Below, one piece after another: positions 1-7,757 of a stretch of DNA of 64,000 bases. The first letter of the stretch is position 1. Every line of letters begins with the position of its first letter. A program made the position numbers and the translations under genes. Source of the stretch: a bacterium (GTDB lineage Bacteria > Patescibacteriota > JABMPQ01 > JBDRIV01); NCBI GenBank assembly GCA_043815505.1, contig JBDRIV010000002.1, forward strand, positions 246,943-310,942, given 5' to 3'. The notes beneath the pieces were generated by a model. It was not told the origin of the DNA. It saw only the letters and a list, made by a program, of their open reading frames with translations, and searched no databases.

Positions 1-1208
1 TTTCTATTTTAGCTGGAATAGGTCTTATTTTAATAGCTTACTTTTTAACCAAAAAAATAACTGAGAGTAGAAGAACTTCTTTAGCCGCTGCTTTTGTTTT
101 TGCAGTCAATCCTTTCATTTTGCAGTATGCTACCGAAGCCAGAATGTATACTTGGGTAGCTTTATTTGTATTAGTTGGTTTTTATTTCTTTTTGGACGCA
201 ATAAAAGTTGAAAAATTAAAACCTGACAAGAACTGGTATTTAGCAACCTTGTTTTTTAGTTTAGCTTTTTTAACACATTACATTTCTGTTTTTGTAATAT
301 TTATTTTGTGGTTGGCCAGCTTATTTATCTTAAATAAAAAAGTAAAAGTATTTTCTAACTTAGGGAAATACTTTATTTTCTATTTCAGATCATATTTGCC
401 CCTTATAATCACACTTATTCTATGGGTCAGTTATTTTCATAATCATATTAAAAAAGCCATATTTTGGATACCACCAGTTAATATTTGGTCAATTCCAGAA
501 ATGTTTTATGCTTGGTTACTCGGAACAGAAGCAAAGGTTGCTGGTGTGCCGAAAGTAAATGAATTAGCTCTTACCTTAGATATAAAAGTAATTTTTGTGA
601 TCCTCACAGTTGTAATTGTTTGGTTGTTATCAGTATTAATCTTTCGTAATCATTCTGCCAATAGAAAAGATGTTATTCTATTAGCAGTTACTTGGCTATT
701 TCCTTTGTTGTTTCTATTTTTTGGATCTTGGTTTGGTATTTTTAATATGTTTGTGAGTAGATACTTTTTGCCAGTAGCATCGTTTTTCCTAATTAGTTTT
801 ATTATTTTACTGGCCAGATATTATAAAAAAGTTTTGCTATGGGTGTTTCTTTTCTTTTATATGATTGCTATGTTTTTGGTAAATTACAAATTACCAGAAA
901 CACATTTTGCTGAGCTGGCAGCTATTATAGAAGAAAATGCACCAGCAGAAAATTTAGTTTTTGGTGATGGCTACTCACTAGTTATAACCAAATATTATTT
1001 AGGTAATGATGATGAGGACAGAATTTTACTTTATAATATAGATGATCCTTATGAAGACTTTGATTCTTGGCAAGTTATAAATAATAAAATGAGGCTTTTA
1101 GAAGTTGAGGATATTCCGGAAGGAAGTTTAATAATAGCCCAAAAAGATTTTTCAGAAGAGTATTCAAAGATAAACGAGTTTTGGAATTACGGGTTTTATA
1201 AGAAATAA
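1..1208 (+). CDS. GT-C glycosyltransferase, PMT/ArnT-like (family 39/83); 5'-truncated by the window edge
   Basis: The frame is open from nt 3 (SILAGIGLILIAYFLTKKITESRRTSLAAAFVFAVNPFILQYATEARMY...). The protein is multi-TM and the conserved N-terminal loop is typical of PMT/ArnT enzymes. The ORF-track start at 120 is TTG. Stop is TAA at 1206-1208. Confidence 0.55.
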   Translation, partial: SILAGIGLILIAYFLTKKITESRRTSLAAAFVFAVNPFILQYATEARMYTWVALFVLVGFYFFLDAIKVEKLKPDKNWYLATLFFSLAFLTHYISVFVIFILWLASLFILNKKVKVFSNLGKYFIFYFRSYLPLIITLILWVSYFHNHIKKAIFWIPPVNIWSIPEMFYAWLLGTEAKVAGVPKVNELALTLDIKVIFVILTVVIVWLLSVLIFRNHSANRKDVILLAVTWLFPLLFLFFGSWFGIFNMFVSRYFLPVASFFLISFIILLARYYKKVLLWVFLFFYMIAMFLVNYKLPETHFAELAAIIEENAPAENLVFGDGYSLVITKYYLGNDDEDRILLYNIDDPYEDFDSWQVINNKMRLLEVEDIPEGSLIIAQKDFSEEYSKINEFWNYGFYKK

Positions 1209-1235
1209 TATTATTACTACAAAAATAACAAAAAC

Positions 1236-1261
1236 AAAACCACCATATAGGTGGTTTTTTT
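1236..1261 (+). terminator. Rho-independent terminator after the GT-C gene
   Basis: Stem ccacc/ggtgg (1240-1244 / 1250-1254) followed by a T6 tract. Confidence 0.6.
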
Positions 1262-1263
1262 AT

Positions 1264-1388
1264 GGCGGGATTTTCCCCCTTCAGGGGATCACCCGCAGGG
1301 TGAAAATCCCCTTTTCAAACAATTTCATCTGGCGGGGCGGACGGGATTTTCCCCCTTCGGGGGATCACCCGTAAGGGTGAGAACCCGC
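1264..1388 (-). repeat. Two degenerate copies of the tRNA-Asp 3' half (T-arm to acceptor), each with a ~30-nt hairpin insert in the T-loop
   Basis: Minus-strand reading of 1331-1388 is GCGGGTTC-[TCACCCTTACGGGTGATCCCCCGAAGGGGG]-AAATCCCGTCCGCCCCGCC, against the intact tRNA 3' end GCGGGTTCAAATCCCGTCCGCCCCG. The copy at 1264-1311 is more diverged (GGGGATTT-[TCACCCTGCGGGTGATCCCCTGAAGGGGG]-AAAATCCCGCC). Confidence 0.5.
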
Positions 1389-1391
1389 TAT

Positions 1392-1409
1392 TATTACATT
1401 TTGTTCTTT
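1392..1409. repeat. Left arm of an 18-bp perfect inverted repeat bracketing tRNA-Asp
   Basis: tattacattttgttcttt is the exact reverse complement of 1551-1568. Confidence 0.7.
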
Positions 1410-1430
1410 TGTAGATTCTAATTAGCTATG

Positions 1431-1505
1431 CGGGGCGGACGGGATTTGAACCCGCGACCTCCTGCGTGACAGGCAGGCGCTCTAACCGAGCTGAGCTACC
1501 GCCCC
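1431..1505 (-). tRNA. tRNA-Asp (anticodon GTC)
   Basis: Minus strand reads GGGGCGGTAGCTCAGC...CCTGCCTGTCACGCAGG...GCGGGTTCAAATCCCGTCCGCCCCG. The cloverleaf fits, with T8, G73 discriminator and a GTC anticodon loop CTGTCAC. No CCA is encoded. Confidence 0.85.
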
Positions 1506-1550
1506 GCAAAGACAATTAGAATTTGTTTAAGTATATAGAGATTTTTATCT

Positions 1551-1568
1551 AAAGAACAAAATGTAATA
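1551..1568. repeat. Right arm of the 18-bp inverted repeat bracketing tRNA-Asp
   Basis: aaagaacaaaatgtaata is the reverse complement of 1392-1409. Confidence 0.7.
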
Positions 1569-1569
1569 A

Positions 1570-1628
1570 CTCCTGCGCCTGACAGGCTTGTAATCATTCG
1601 GAATCTCCGAATGGTTACAATCAGGCGC
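1570..1628. repeat. Imperfect long hairpin that also contains a fragment resembling the tRNA-Asp anticodon arm
   Basis: ctcctgcgcctgacaggc (1570-1587) shares ctcctgcg and tgacaggc with tRNA-Asp residues at 1459-1480. The segment gcgcctga...tcaggcgc folds as an imperfect stem-loop. Confidence 0.35.
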
Positions 1629-1815
1629 TCATAACCTTGAGCCTAAGCTTCGTCGGAACAACATTCCAGCTTCCGCAACCAAGTAAACTTGATTGTTGCA
1701 GCTTGCATGTGGTTCCTCCTCTCAATCAAAATATGTGCTCATCTGCCTATCGGCGGATTCCGCCTCATATTTTGATTGTATTGCTACCAAACCATTATAA
1801 ATGGGTACTTCTATA

Positions 1816-2289
1816 CTAAATATAATAAGCGAATAATACTCCGTAGGCAAGGATGAAAACAAAAAGCTGAATAGTAAGTCCTGTTATAAAACTTCCTTGC
1901 GGTAAAACATTTTGAATATTGGAATGAAAATCCCAGAACTTTTCTAAAATAGAAATCTTCCAATTTTTGGTTTTAAAAAGAAAAATTGCACCAGTAATTA
2001 GATCAGGAAAGATACTACCAATTATTCCCCAAAACATTGCATCGGAGTATTCAATAACATTGAATGTTGAAGTGAATAAAATAATGAAGATTAAAATATA
2101 AGCATCAACCAAACCTTGTAATAAAATGCTGATTAATTTATTCTTATCACTAAATTCCATTTCTTCGTTTCCGTGCGGAAGAAGGTCAAAAATAAAATGG
2201 AATATAATTCCAAATATAAATGCTAGTATTGGATTTCCGGTGGCAGCGCCGATTACAGTACCGACAGCTGCGTGTGAAGTGCTGAACAT
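1816..2289 (-). CDS. Small polytopic membrane protein, possibly a DUF457-like membrane metal-dependent hydrolase
   Basis: 157 aa with 4-5 TM segments and His-rich N-terminal motifs (SHAAVG...HFIFDLLPHG). Confidence 0.3.
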   Translation of the reverse strand: MFSTSHAAVGTVIGAATGNPILAFIFGIIFHFIFDLLPHGNEEMEFSDKNKLISILLQGLVDAYILIFIILFTSTFNVIEYSDAMFWGIIGSIFPDLITGAIFLFKTKNWKISILEKFWDFHSNIQNVLPQGSFITGLTIQLFVFILAYGVLFAYYI

Positions 2290-2310
2290 TAAAATTCTTA
2301 TTTATTTCCG

Positions 2311-2384
2311 TAGCAGGGGTGGGGATCGAACCCACGACCTCGGGCTTATGAGTCCCGCGCTCTAACCAACTGAGCTACCCTGCC
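2311..2384 (-). tRNA. tRNA-Met (CAT), elongator type; tRNA-Ile2 (lysidine) cannot be excluded
   Basis: GGCAGGGTAGCTCAGTTGGTTAGAGCG-CGGGA-CTCATAA-GCCCG-AGGTC-GTGGGTTCGATCCCCAC-CCCTGCT-A. Positions 1-72 form a G-U pair. No CCA is encoded. Confidence 0.7.
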
Positions 2385-2454
2385 GTATTGGCATGTGGCC
2401 AATAGCTTATTGATTAGGGCACTTGATTTCTAAATTGAAAATGATTATAAACCG

Positions 2455-2491
2455 TAAGCTATTAGCTATATGCCATATGCTCTTTGCCATT
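2455..2491. repeat. Tandem heptamer repeats (tattagc|tatatgc|catatgc|tctttgc|catttgg)
   Basis: Seven-nucleotide periodicity with consensus about TWATRGC. The same family occurs at 10633-10672, 36838-36890, 61649-61679, 61855-61958, 62040-62108 and 62524-62600. Confidence 0.5.
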
Positions 2492-2567
2492 TGGTTGCGG
2501 GGCCCGGACTCGAACCGGGAACCTTGAGGTTATGAGCCTCACGAGCTGCCAATTGCTCCACCCCGCG
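2492..2567 (-). tRNA. Initiator tRNA-fMet (CAT)
   Basis: CGCGGGGTGGAGCAATTGGCAGCTCG-TGAGG-CTCATAA-CCTCA-AGGTT-CCCGGTTCGAGTCCGGG-CCCCGCA-A-CCA. There is a C1xA72 mismatch, A73, and an encoded CCA. Confidence 0.8.
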
Positions 2568-2576
2568 TCGTCGTCG

Positions 2577-2674
2577 CCCCGCTCCAGTTTTATAGAACTC
2601 GGAATATCTAGACTAGATAAAGATTAAAGTATTTCTAAACTTTAAAAATTTGAGTTCTGCAAAACTGGGGCGGG
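2577..2674. mobile_element. MITE-like palindromic element, family 2 (termini CCCGCTCCAGTTTT ... AAAACTGGGGCGGG)
   Basis: About 98 bp with imperfect terminal inverted repeats of about 20 bp (ccgctccagttttatagaactc / gagttctgcaaaactggggcgg). A homologous copy lies at 56769-56867. Confidence 0.5.
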
Positions 2675-2778
2675 ACTCCTCTAAAATTAAATACGTGCTC
2701 GTTTCGCTATGCTCAACTTGCGCACCATATTTAATTTTGACTTTCGCCTATTCTTTCTCATACGAAATCCGTACTAAC

Positions 2779-2818
2779 CAGCTCCAGTTTTCAAACTGGG
2801 GCTGGGCTCCTCTAAAAT
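2779..2818. mobile_element. Internally deleted minimal copy of the family-2 MITE (hairpin gctccagtttt-caa-aactggggc) with the flanking repeat ctcctctaaaat
   Basis: cagctccagttttcaaactggggctgggctcctctaaaat. The flanking direct repeat (g)ggctcctctaaaat also follows copy A at 2675-2687. Confidence 0.45.
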
Positions 2819-2949
2819 ATTTAATAGACTTTAAATAGTATAACGATATTCTAAAAATTTATCAAGTTTTATCGTATATTAATCAAAGTTTGGGGAAATG
2901 GCTAATTTTAGCTATAATTAAAAGGAAATTAGCCAATATTCTCTAATAA

Positions 2950-4593
2950 ATGAAGATAATCCCATTAATCAAAAAGCATTGGTATTTAGTGGCCCTAATT
3001 ACTTTTTTTATTGTCATTACAAGCATAATAAACATTTTCACTCCTCCTTGGGCATTTCCAGATGAATCAGCCCATTTTTCTTATACTGAATTTATTATTG
3101 AACACCATACTTTACCATCATATTTAACTAGCTTAGATTTTTGGGAAGCTCATCAACCGCCGCTCTATTATTCACTGGGGGTCTTAATAAAATTACCAAT
3201 TCAAAATCTGGCAGTATCCTTGCAACTTATTGTTTTAAGATTATTTTCAACACTATTGGCAGTGGGTACAATAATGGTTTCTTATTTAATAGGAAAGAAA
3301 ATTTTCAAAAATAAATATTTAATATTATTAGTACCGACATTGGTTGCACTTTTGCCGATGCAGATTTATATTGCCAGTTCGTACAACAATGATAATTTGG
3401 CAAATTTGCTCGGAGCTCTGCTAATATATTTCTTTTTAATATTTTGGCGAGAAAAGATATCTCAAAAAAACATCATTTGGTTTTCCGTGATTGTTACAGC
3501 TTCGATTTTAACAAAAGTCGGTTTATATCCGATTGTGGCTATTGTTTTCATATTTCTAATTTATAAATTAATTAGACAGAAAAATTGGAGGTTGTTGTCA
3601 ATTATAATTATGGTCCCACTTATTTTAAGTGGCTGGTGGTTTGTTAGAAACTATTTTGTTTACGGCGATCTGTTTGGCTGGTCTCAGACTGAAAAATTGT
3701 GGGCTTTACAGAAACAAGATATTTGGCAACGAGATATTTTTATAAGATGGTGGCGAACAACTTACGAAAGCTTTTGGGGAATATTTGGTGGTTTAAATAT
3801 TGCCATGCAACCTTGGGTTTACAAAATCTTAAAAATTATTGGTGTGCTAGCATTTTTTGGCAATCTGATTTTCTTCTGGCAAAAAGAAAATTCTAAAAAT
3901 ATTAAAACCAAACTAATTTGGTTGTACGGAATATTTGGTATCACACTTCTCAGCGTTTTTGTTTACAGTATAAAATTTTATCAACCACAAGGAAGATATT
4001 TATTTATTGCTCTCATTTCAGCTGTGATATTTCTGGTTGTTGGTTTGGGAATGATTACAAAAAATAAAAATTATAGAATGTTTGTTTTAATTCTGGCAAT
4101 ATTGTTTTTTGGAAATCTCAGTTTTACCAACACAGAGTTGTTAAGAGATTATAATCAAAAGAAATATAAACCAATGACCGAATATGAAATTACCGACAAA
4201 GCTACTTTTGCAGTTGGCGAAGAAAGATTCAAAAAAGAAGGTCCGGCTACAATAACAATTAAGGATTCTGAAAATGTTTTACTGGAAACAATGTTTTCCA
4301 ACACCAGAGCTGATACTTCTAAAATTAAGCAAGTAGAACTGGAAATAGAATCTTACAGCGAAATAGAGGCAAAATTGCTATATAGAAATTTGGTTGAAAA
4401 GGAATTTATGCTGGAAAATAGTACAGATTTCACGGTAAAAGAAGGTGTAAATACTTATACACTAGCGCTACCTGACAATAGAGGTTATCCTAATATTACT
4501 AGGGAATTTGCCATATATTTAGATGGTCAAATTGGGCAATTTAATTTAAACAAATTCAAACTAGTTTTTAATGAAGAAGTAAGATCGTTATGA
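2950..4593 (+). CDS. GT-C glycosyltransferase, PMT/ArnT-like (family 39/83), with a C-terminal soluble domain
   Basis: 547 aa with about 11 TM segments. The first loop carries a DE motif (AFPDESAHFSY), and N-terminal similarity to the ORF at 1-1208 suggests a paralog. Its stop overlaps the sbcD start (ATGA). Confidence 0.55.
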   Translation: MKIIPLIKKHWYLVALITFFIVITSIINIFTPPWAFPDESAHFSYTEFIIEHHTLPSYLTSLDFWEAHQPPLYYSLGVLIKLPIQNLAVSLQLIVLRLFSTLLAVGTIMVSYLIGKKIFKNKYLILLVPTLVALLPMQIYIASSYNNDNLANLLGALLIYFFLIFWREKISQKNIIWFSVIVTASILTKVGLYPIVAIVFIFLIYKLIRQKNWRLLSIIIMVPLILSGWWFVRNYFVYGDLFGWSQTEKLWALQKQDIWQRDIFIRWWRTTYESFWGIFGGLNIAMQPWVYKILKIIGVLAFFGNLIFFWQKENSKNIKTKLIWLYGIFGITLLSVFVYSIKFYQPQGRYLFIALISAVIFLVVGLGMITKNKNYRMFVLILAILFFGNLSFTNTELLRDYNQKKYKPMTEYEITDKATFAVGEERFKKEGPATITIKDSENVLLETMFSNTRADTSKIKQVELEIESYSEIEAKLLYRNLVEKEFMLENSTDFTVKEGVNTYTLALPDNRGYPNITREFAIYLDGQIGQFNLNKFKLVFNEEVRSL

Positions 4594-5711
4594 AAATAAT
4601 TCATACAGCCGACATACATTTGGGAAGAAAATTTACCAAGCTGGGCGAAAAAGCAGGTGAGCAACGTCAACTATTACGCGACGCTTTTACAAAAGTGGTT
4701 GATTTAGCTTGCGCCGATGACGTGGACTTATTGCTGATCGCTGGCGACTTGTTTGATTCCAATAAAGTTTCGAAAGCAGAGATAGAATTTGCGCGCGAAC
4801 AATTTGAAAAATTGGCCAGCCACGAAAAATGGGTTTGTATTTCTCATGGAACTCACGATGCTAATGACGGTTTGTCGGTTTTAAATCGCGACAAGTTTTT
4901 AAATACATTTAATAATGTGATATTGTTCGACAACAAAAAACAAAGTCATAATTTCCCCCATTTAGATTTAACAGTTTATGGAATTTCTAATTCAGCTAAC
5001 AAGGGAAAAGATGACCCGCTAGCTAAAGTTCAAAAAGATGATAAAGCAAAATATCATATTGCTATGATTCACGGCTCGGTAGCAATTGAATCTAAACATG
5101 CACCCGACGATTGGCCAATTGATCCCGAGAAAATAAAAAATAGTGAATTAAATTATATTGCGCTTGGTCATTGGCATTCCACGCAAGACATGAGCCAGGG
5201 GAAAGTTCAAGCTTGGTATGCCGGGGCCCCAGAAAGTATTGATTATGATGAAAAGGGTGGTAATGCGTTAGAAGTTTCTATAACAGACAAGGAAACAAAA
5301 GTTAAGGAAATCAAAGTTGGACAAAGGAATTTTGACAAAATAGAAATTGACGTTGCAGAATTTGCTGATTACAAAGATTTGAAAAAAGCCATGATAAAAG
5401 GAGCTAACAAAAATTTAGCCAGACAAATTATTTTAAAAGGTTTGGTTGGTCCCGAAAAAATGGTTGATAAAAAAATGCTCCAAGAAGAATTAGCAGCAAA
5501 TTTCTATCAAGTAAATATTGATATCAAAAATCTTCATTTAGATATAGATAACATAAACGAAAAAGATTATCCGGAAGAATTGGTAATAGGTCAGTATGTT
5601 AGAGCTTTAAAAAAGGAATTGTCCAGCGCTAAAAATGATGAAGAAAAAGCAATTTTAGAAAAAGCTTTGCATAAAGGCGTGGCTCTGCTTTCTGGAAAGG
5701 AGATTCTGTAA
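4590..5711 (+). CDS. sbcD: DNA repair exonuclease SbcD/Mre11 (calcineurin-like phosphoesterase)
   Basis: The phosphoesterase motifs are present: MKIIHTADIHLG, LLLIAGDLFD, SHGTHD, MIHG, GHWH. Confidence 0.85.
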   Translation: MKIIHTADIHLGRKFTKLGEKAGEQRQLLRDAFTKVVDLACADDVDLLLIAGDLFDSNKVSKAEIEFAREQFEKLASHEKWVCISHGTHDANDGLSVLNRDKFLNTFNNVILFDNKKQSHNFPHLDLTVYGISNSANKGKDDPLAKVQKDDKAKYHIAMIHGSVAIESKHAPDDWPIDPEKIKNSELNYIALGHWHSTQDMSQGKVQAWYAGAPESIDYDEKGGNALEVSITDKETKVKEIKVGQRNFDKIEIDVAEFADYKDLKKAMIKGANKNLARQIILKGLVGPEKMVDKKMLQEELAANFYQVNIDIKNLHLDIDNINEKDYPEELVIGQYVRALKKELSSAKNDEEKAILEKALHKGVALLSGKEIL

Positions 5712-7757
5712 ATGTTTATAAAACTTTTACAACTTAGACGTTTTAAAAAGTTTGATGAGTTGGAACTGTTTTTTACTTCAGGAATTAACGTTATCAAAGG
5801 TCCAAATGAAGAGGGGAAGTCAACTTTGGTAGCCGCTCTATTGGCTGGACTCTTTTTAGATCCTAAATCTCGTTCGCAAAGCAAAGTTCTGCCCTTAAAA
5901 TCTTGGCATCACGAACAGCTTTTTGAAACCAATACGGTTTTTGTGACTGATGCCAACAAACAATATTTATTGCAAAAAGATTTTGAAAATAAAGAAATTT
6001 TGTTACGTGATGAAAACAAAAAAAATGAATGGAAGACTTTTGATGAAGTGAGAGAAATTATTGCCACAGAAACTGGACTTTCATCGCCAGAGTTGTTTGC
6101 AGCTACCGCCATGATTGAACAAGACAAAGTGGCAGAAATTTCATCGGGCAAAAAGGAATTGGAAAAATCTTTACAAATCTTGGTAACGGCTGGCCAAGAT
6201 AGTGCCAATGTTCAGGATATTTTAAAAAGTTTAGATAAAGAAATTAAAAATTATAATCGCGGAGTGGATAGACCAGTTTCTAATCCCGGATTAATAAGAA
6301 AAATCTCAGATGAATTAACCAGTGTAACAGCCGAAATTTCTAAAGAAGCTGGAGGAGTGCAAACAATTGATAAAGTGAGATCAGAAAACGACGAGTTGGT
6401 TAAAAGAACAGAACAGAACAAAAAAGATTTAGATCAAAAGAAGGAATTAAAAGATTTGAATTTGCAGTTTAGAGATTTAAGTGGCAAGTTGGAAAAATAC
6501 GAAAAAGATCTAACAGACGTTACAACTACAATTTCTGAACTTGAAAAAATAAATAATGAATTAAGAAATAATAAAAAATCCTTAAGTATTTTTAAAGATT
6601 GGGAAAAAAGGAATTTGGATAAAGATGAAGACAGTTTAACCAGACTCTCCGAACGGGTAGCAATGGCTAAAAGTATTGTTACCGAAGAAATAAAAGCTAA
6701 ACGACCAACTTGGCCCTGGCTGGTTGGTGGCGCGTTAATCGTTTTAGGCTTGATAGGTTTAGCCATTTATTGGTATACAAGCTTGTTAGCTCTCATCGGA
6801 ATTGCGGTTATCATATTTGGTTTTACTCAAAAATCTCAAAAACAAGTTGCCATTCATGATAAACATGAAGCTGACAAGGAAGATAAAAAGTTGGCAGAAC
6901 TTTTAAAAGACTTGGGTGTTAAAACGTTAGAAGAGTTTAAAAAGAAGAAAGAAGAAATGGTAAGTATACATAACAAAGAACAAGAATTAATGTCGGAACG
7001 TAAAGGAATTTTAAGAGATCGCAAAGAAAATGATTTGGAAAAACAAAAAACAGTCTTGGCCAGAGATATTGCTGTAACTGAAGCTAAAATTACTGATGAA
7101 ATGAAACAAGCTAAGCTTTCACCAGAAGAATGGCATAAGCTGGATAAAGATATTGAAGAATTGGACAGACAATTTAGAAATGATCGCGAACATTACGAAA
7201 AAAATCTAGGAATAATTGAACAGTATGAAAAAAGTAGTCATGATCTGGTTGCGATGGAGGAAAGGCAAGAACAACTACAAGGAAAATTAGATTTCGTGAA
7301 AGAACAAGAGCAAGTTCTAGAAACTGTAAAAAACTTTATGCTAAATTCCAGTGTTGATGTTGTGAAAACAAGTAAAACCAGATTACAAAAGAATTTAAAT
7401 GAAATATTGCCAACTATTACGAATGGAAAATACAAGAAAGTTGAAGTCGCCGATGATTTATCTTTTACTGTTTTTTCAGATGAAGCGGGGGATAAAATTG
7501 TTCCCGAGAAATCACTTTCTCGAGGAGCGATTGATCAATTTTATTTAGCAGTGCGGTTTGCTTTTATTGATTTAATATCTGAAGGAAAAAAACCACCAAT
7601 TATTTTAGATGATCCCTTTGTAACTTTTGATAAAAGTCGGCGCGCTGCCACTATGGGATTATTAAAAGATTTAGCCAAAGATTATCAAATATTTTTATTT
7701 ACTGCATCTGATGATTATGACAAATATGCCAATAAAGTAATTGCTCTCAATGGATAA
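5712..7757 (+). CDS. sbcC: SbcC/Rad50-like ATPase with a central transmembrane hairpin
   Basis: Walker A (GPNEEGKST), coiled-coil regions, signature LSRGAIDQ, and Walker B IILDDPF. The coiled-coil apex (about aa 335-375) holds two hydrophobic helices (WLVGGALIVLGLIGLAIYWY / LLALIGIAVIIFGF), and there is no CxxC zinc hook. Confidence 0.75.
   Translation: MFIKLLQLRRFKKFDELELFFTSGINVIKGPNEEGKSTLVAALLAGLFLDPKSRSQSKVLPLKSWHHEQLFETNTVFVTDANKQYLLQKDFENKEILLRDENKKNEWKTFDEVREIIATETGLSSPELFAATAMIEQDKVAEISSGKKELEKSLQILVTAGQDSANVQDILKSLDKEIKNYNRGVDRPVSNPGLIRKISDELTSVTAEISKEAGGVQTIDKVRSENDELVKRTEQNKKDLDQKKELKDLNLQFRDLSGKLEKYEKDLTDVTTTISELEKINNELRNNKKSLSIFKDWEKRNLDKDEDSLTRLSERVAMAKSIVTEEIKAKRPTWPWLVGGALIVLGLIGLAIYWYTSLLALIGIAVIIFGFTQKSQKQVAIHDKHEADKEDKKLAELLKDLGVKTLEEFKKKKEEMVSIHNKEQELMSERKGILRDRKENDLEKQKTVLARDIAVTEAKITDEMKQAKLSPEEWHKLDKDIEELDRQFRNDREHYEKNLGIIEQYEKSSHDLVAMEERQEQLQGKLDFVKEQEQVLETVKNFMLNSSVDVVKTSKTRLQKNLNEILPTITNGKYKKVEVADDLSFTVFSDEAGDKIVPEKSLSRGAIDQFYLAVRFAFIDLISEGKKPPIILDDPFVTFDKSRRAATMGLLKDLAKDYQIFLFTASDDYDKYANKVIALNG

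Noticed and set aside
2311-2384. Whether the first CAT-anticodon tRNA is a second initiator
   Set aside because: It has a G1-U72 pair rather than the C1xA72 mismatch. The neighbouring gene at 2492-2567 carries the initiator hallmarks. Elongator Met versus Ile2(LAU) cannot be resolved without modification data.
2126-2838. ORFs 2126..2365(+), 2650..2838(+) and 1637..1819(+)
   Set aside because: They overlap tRNA genes, MITE-like repeats or hairpins, and have no ribosome-binding site or coding signal. They are treated as spurious.
5591-7435. Antisense ORFs inside sbcD and sbcC (5591..5884-, 5909..6208-, 6434..6766-, 7238..7435-) and many similar short antisense ORFs inside other long genes
   Set aside because: They lie fully within well-supported genes on the opposite strand. 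AT-rich sequence yields such ORFs by chance.
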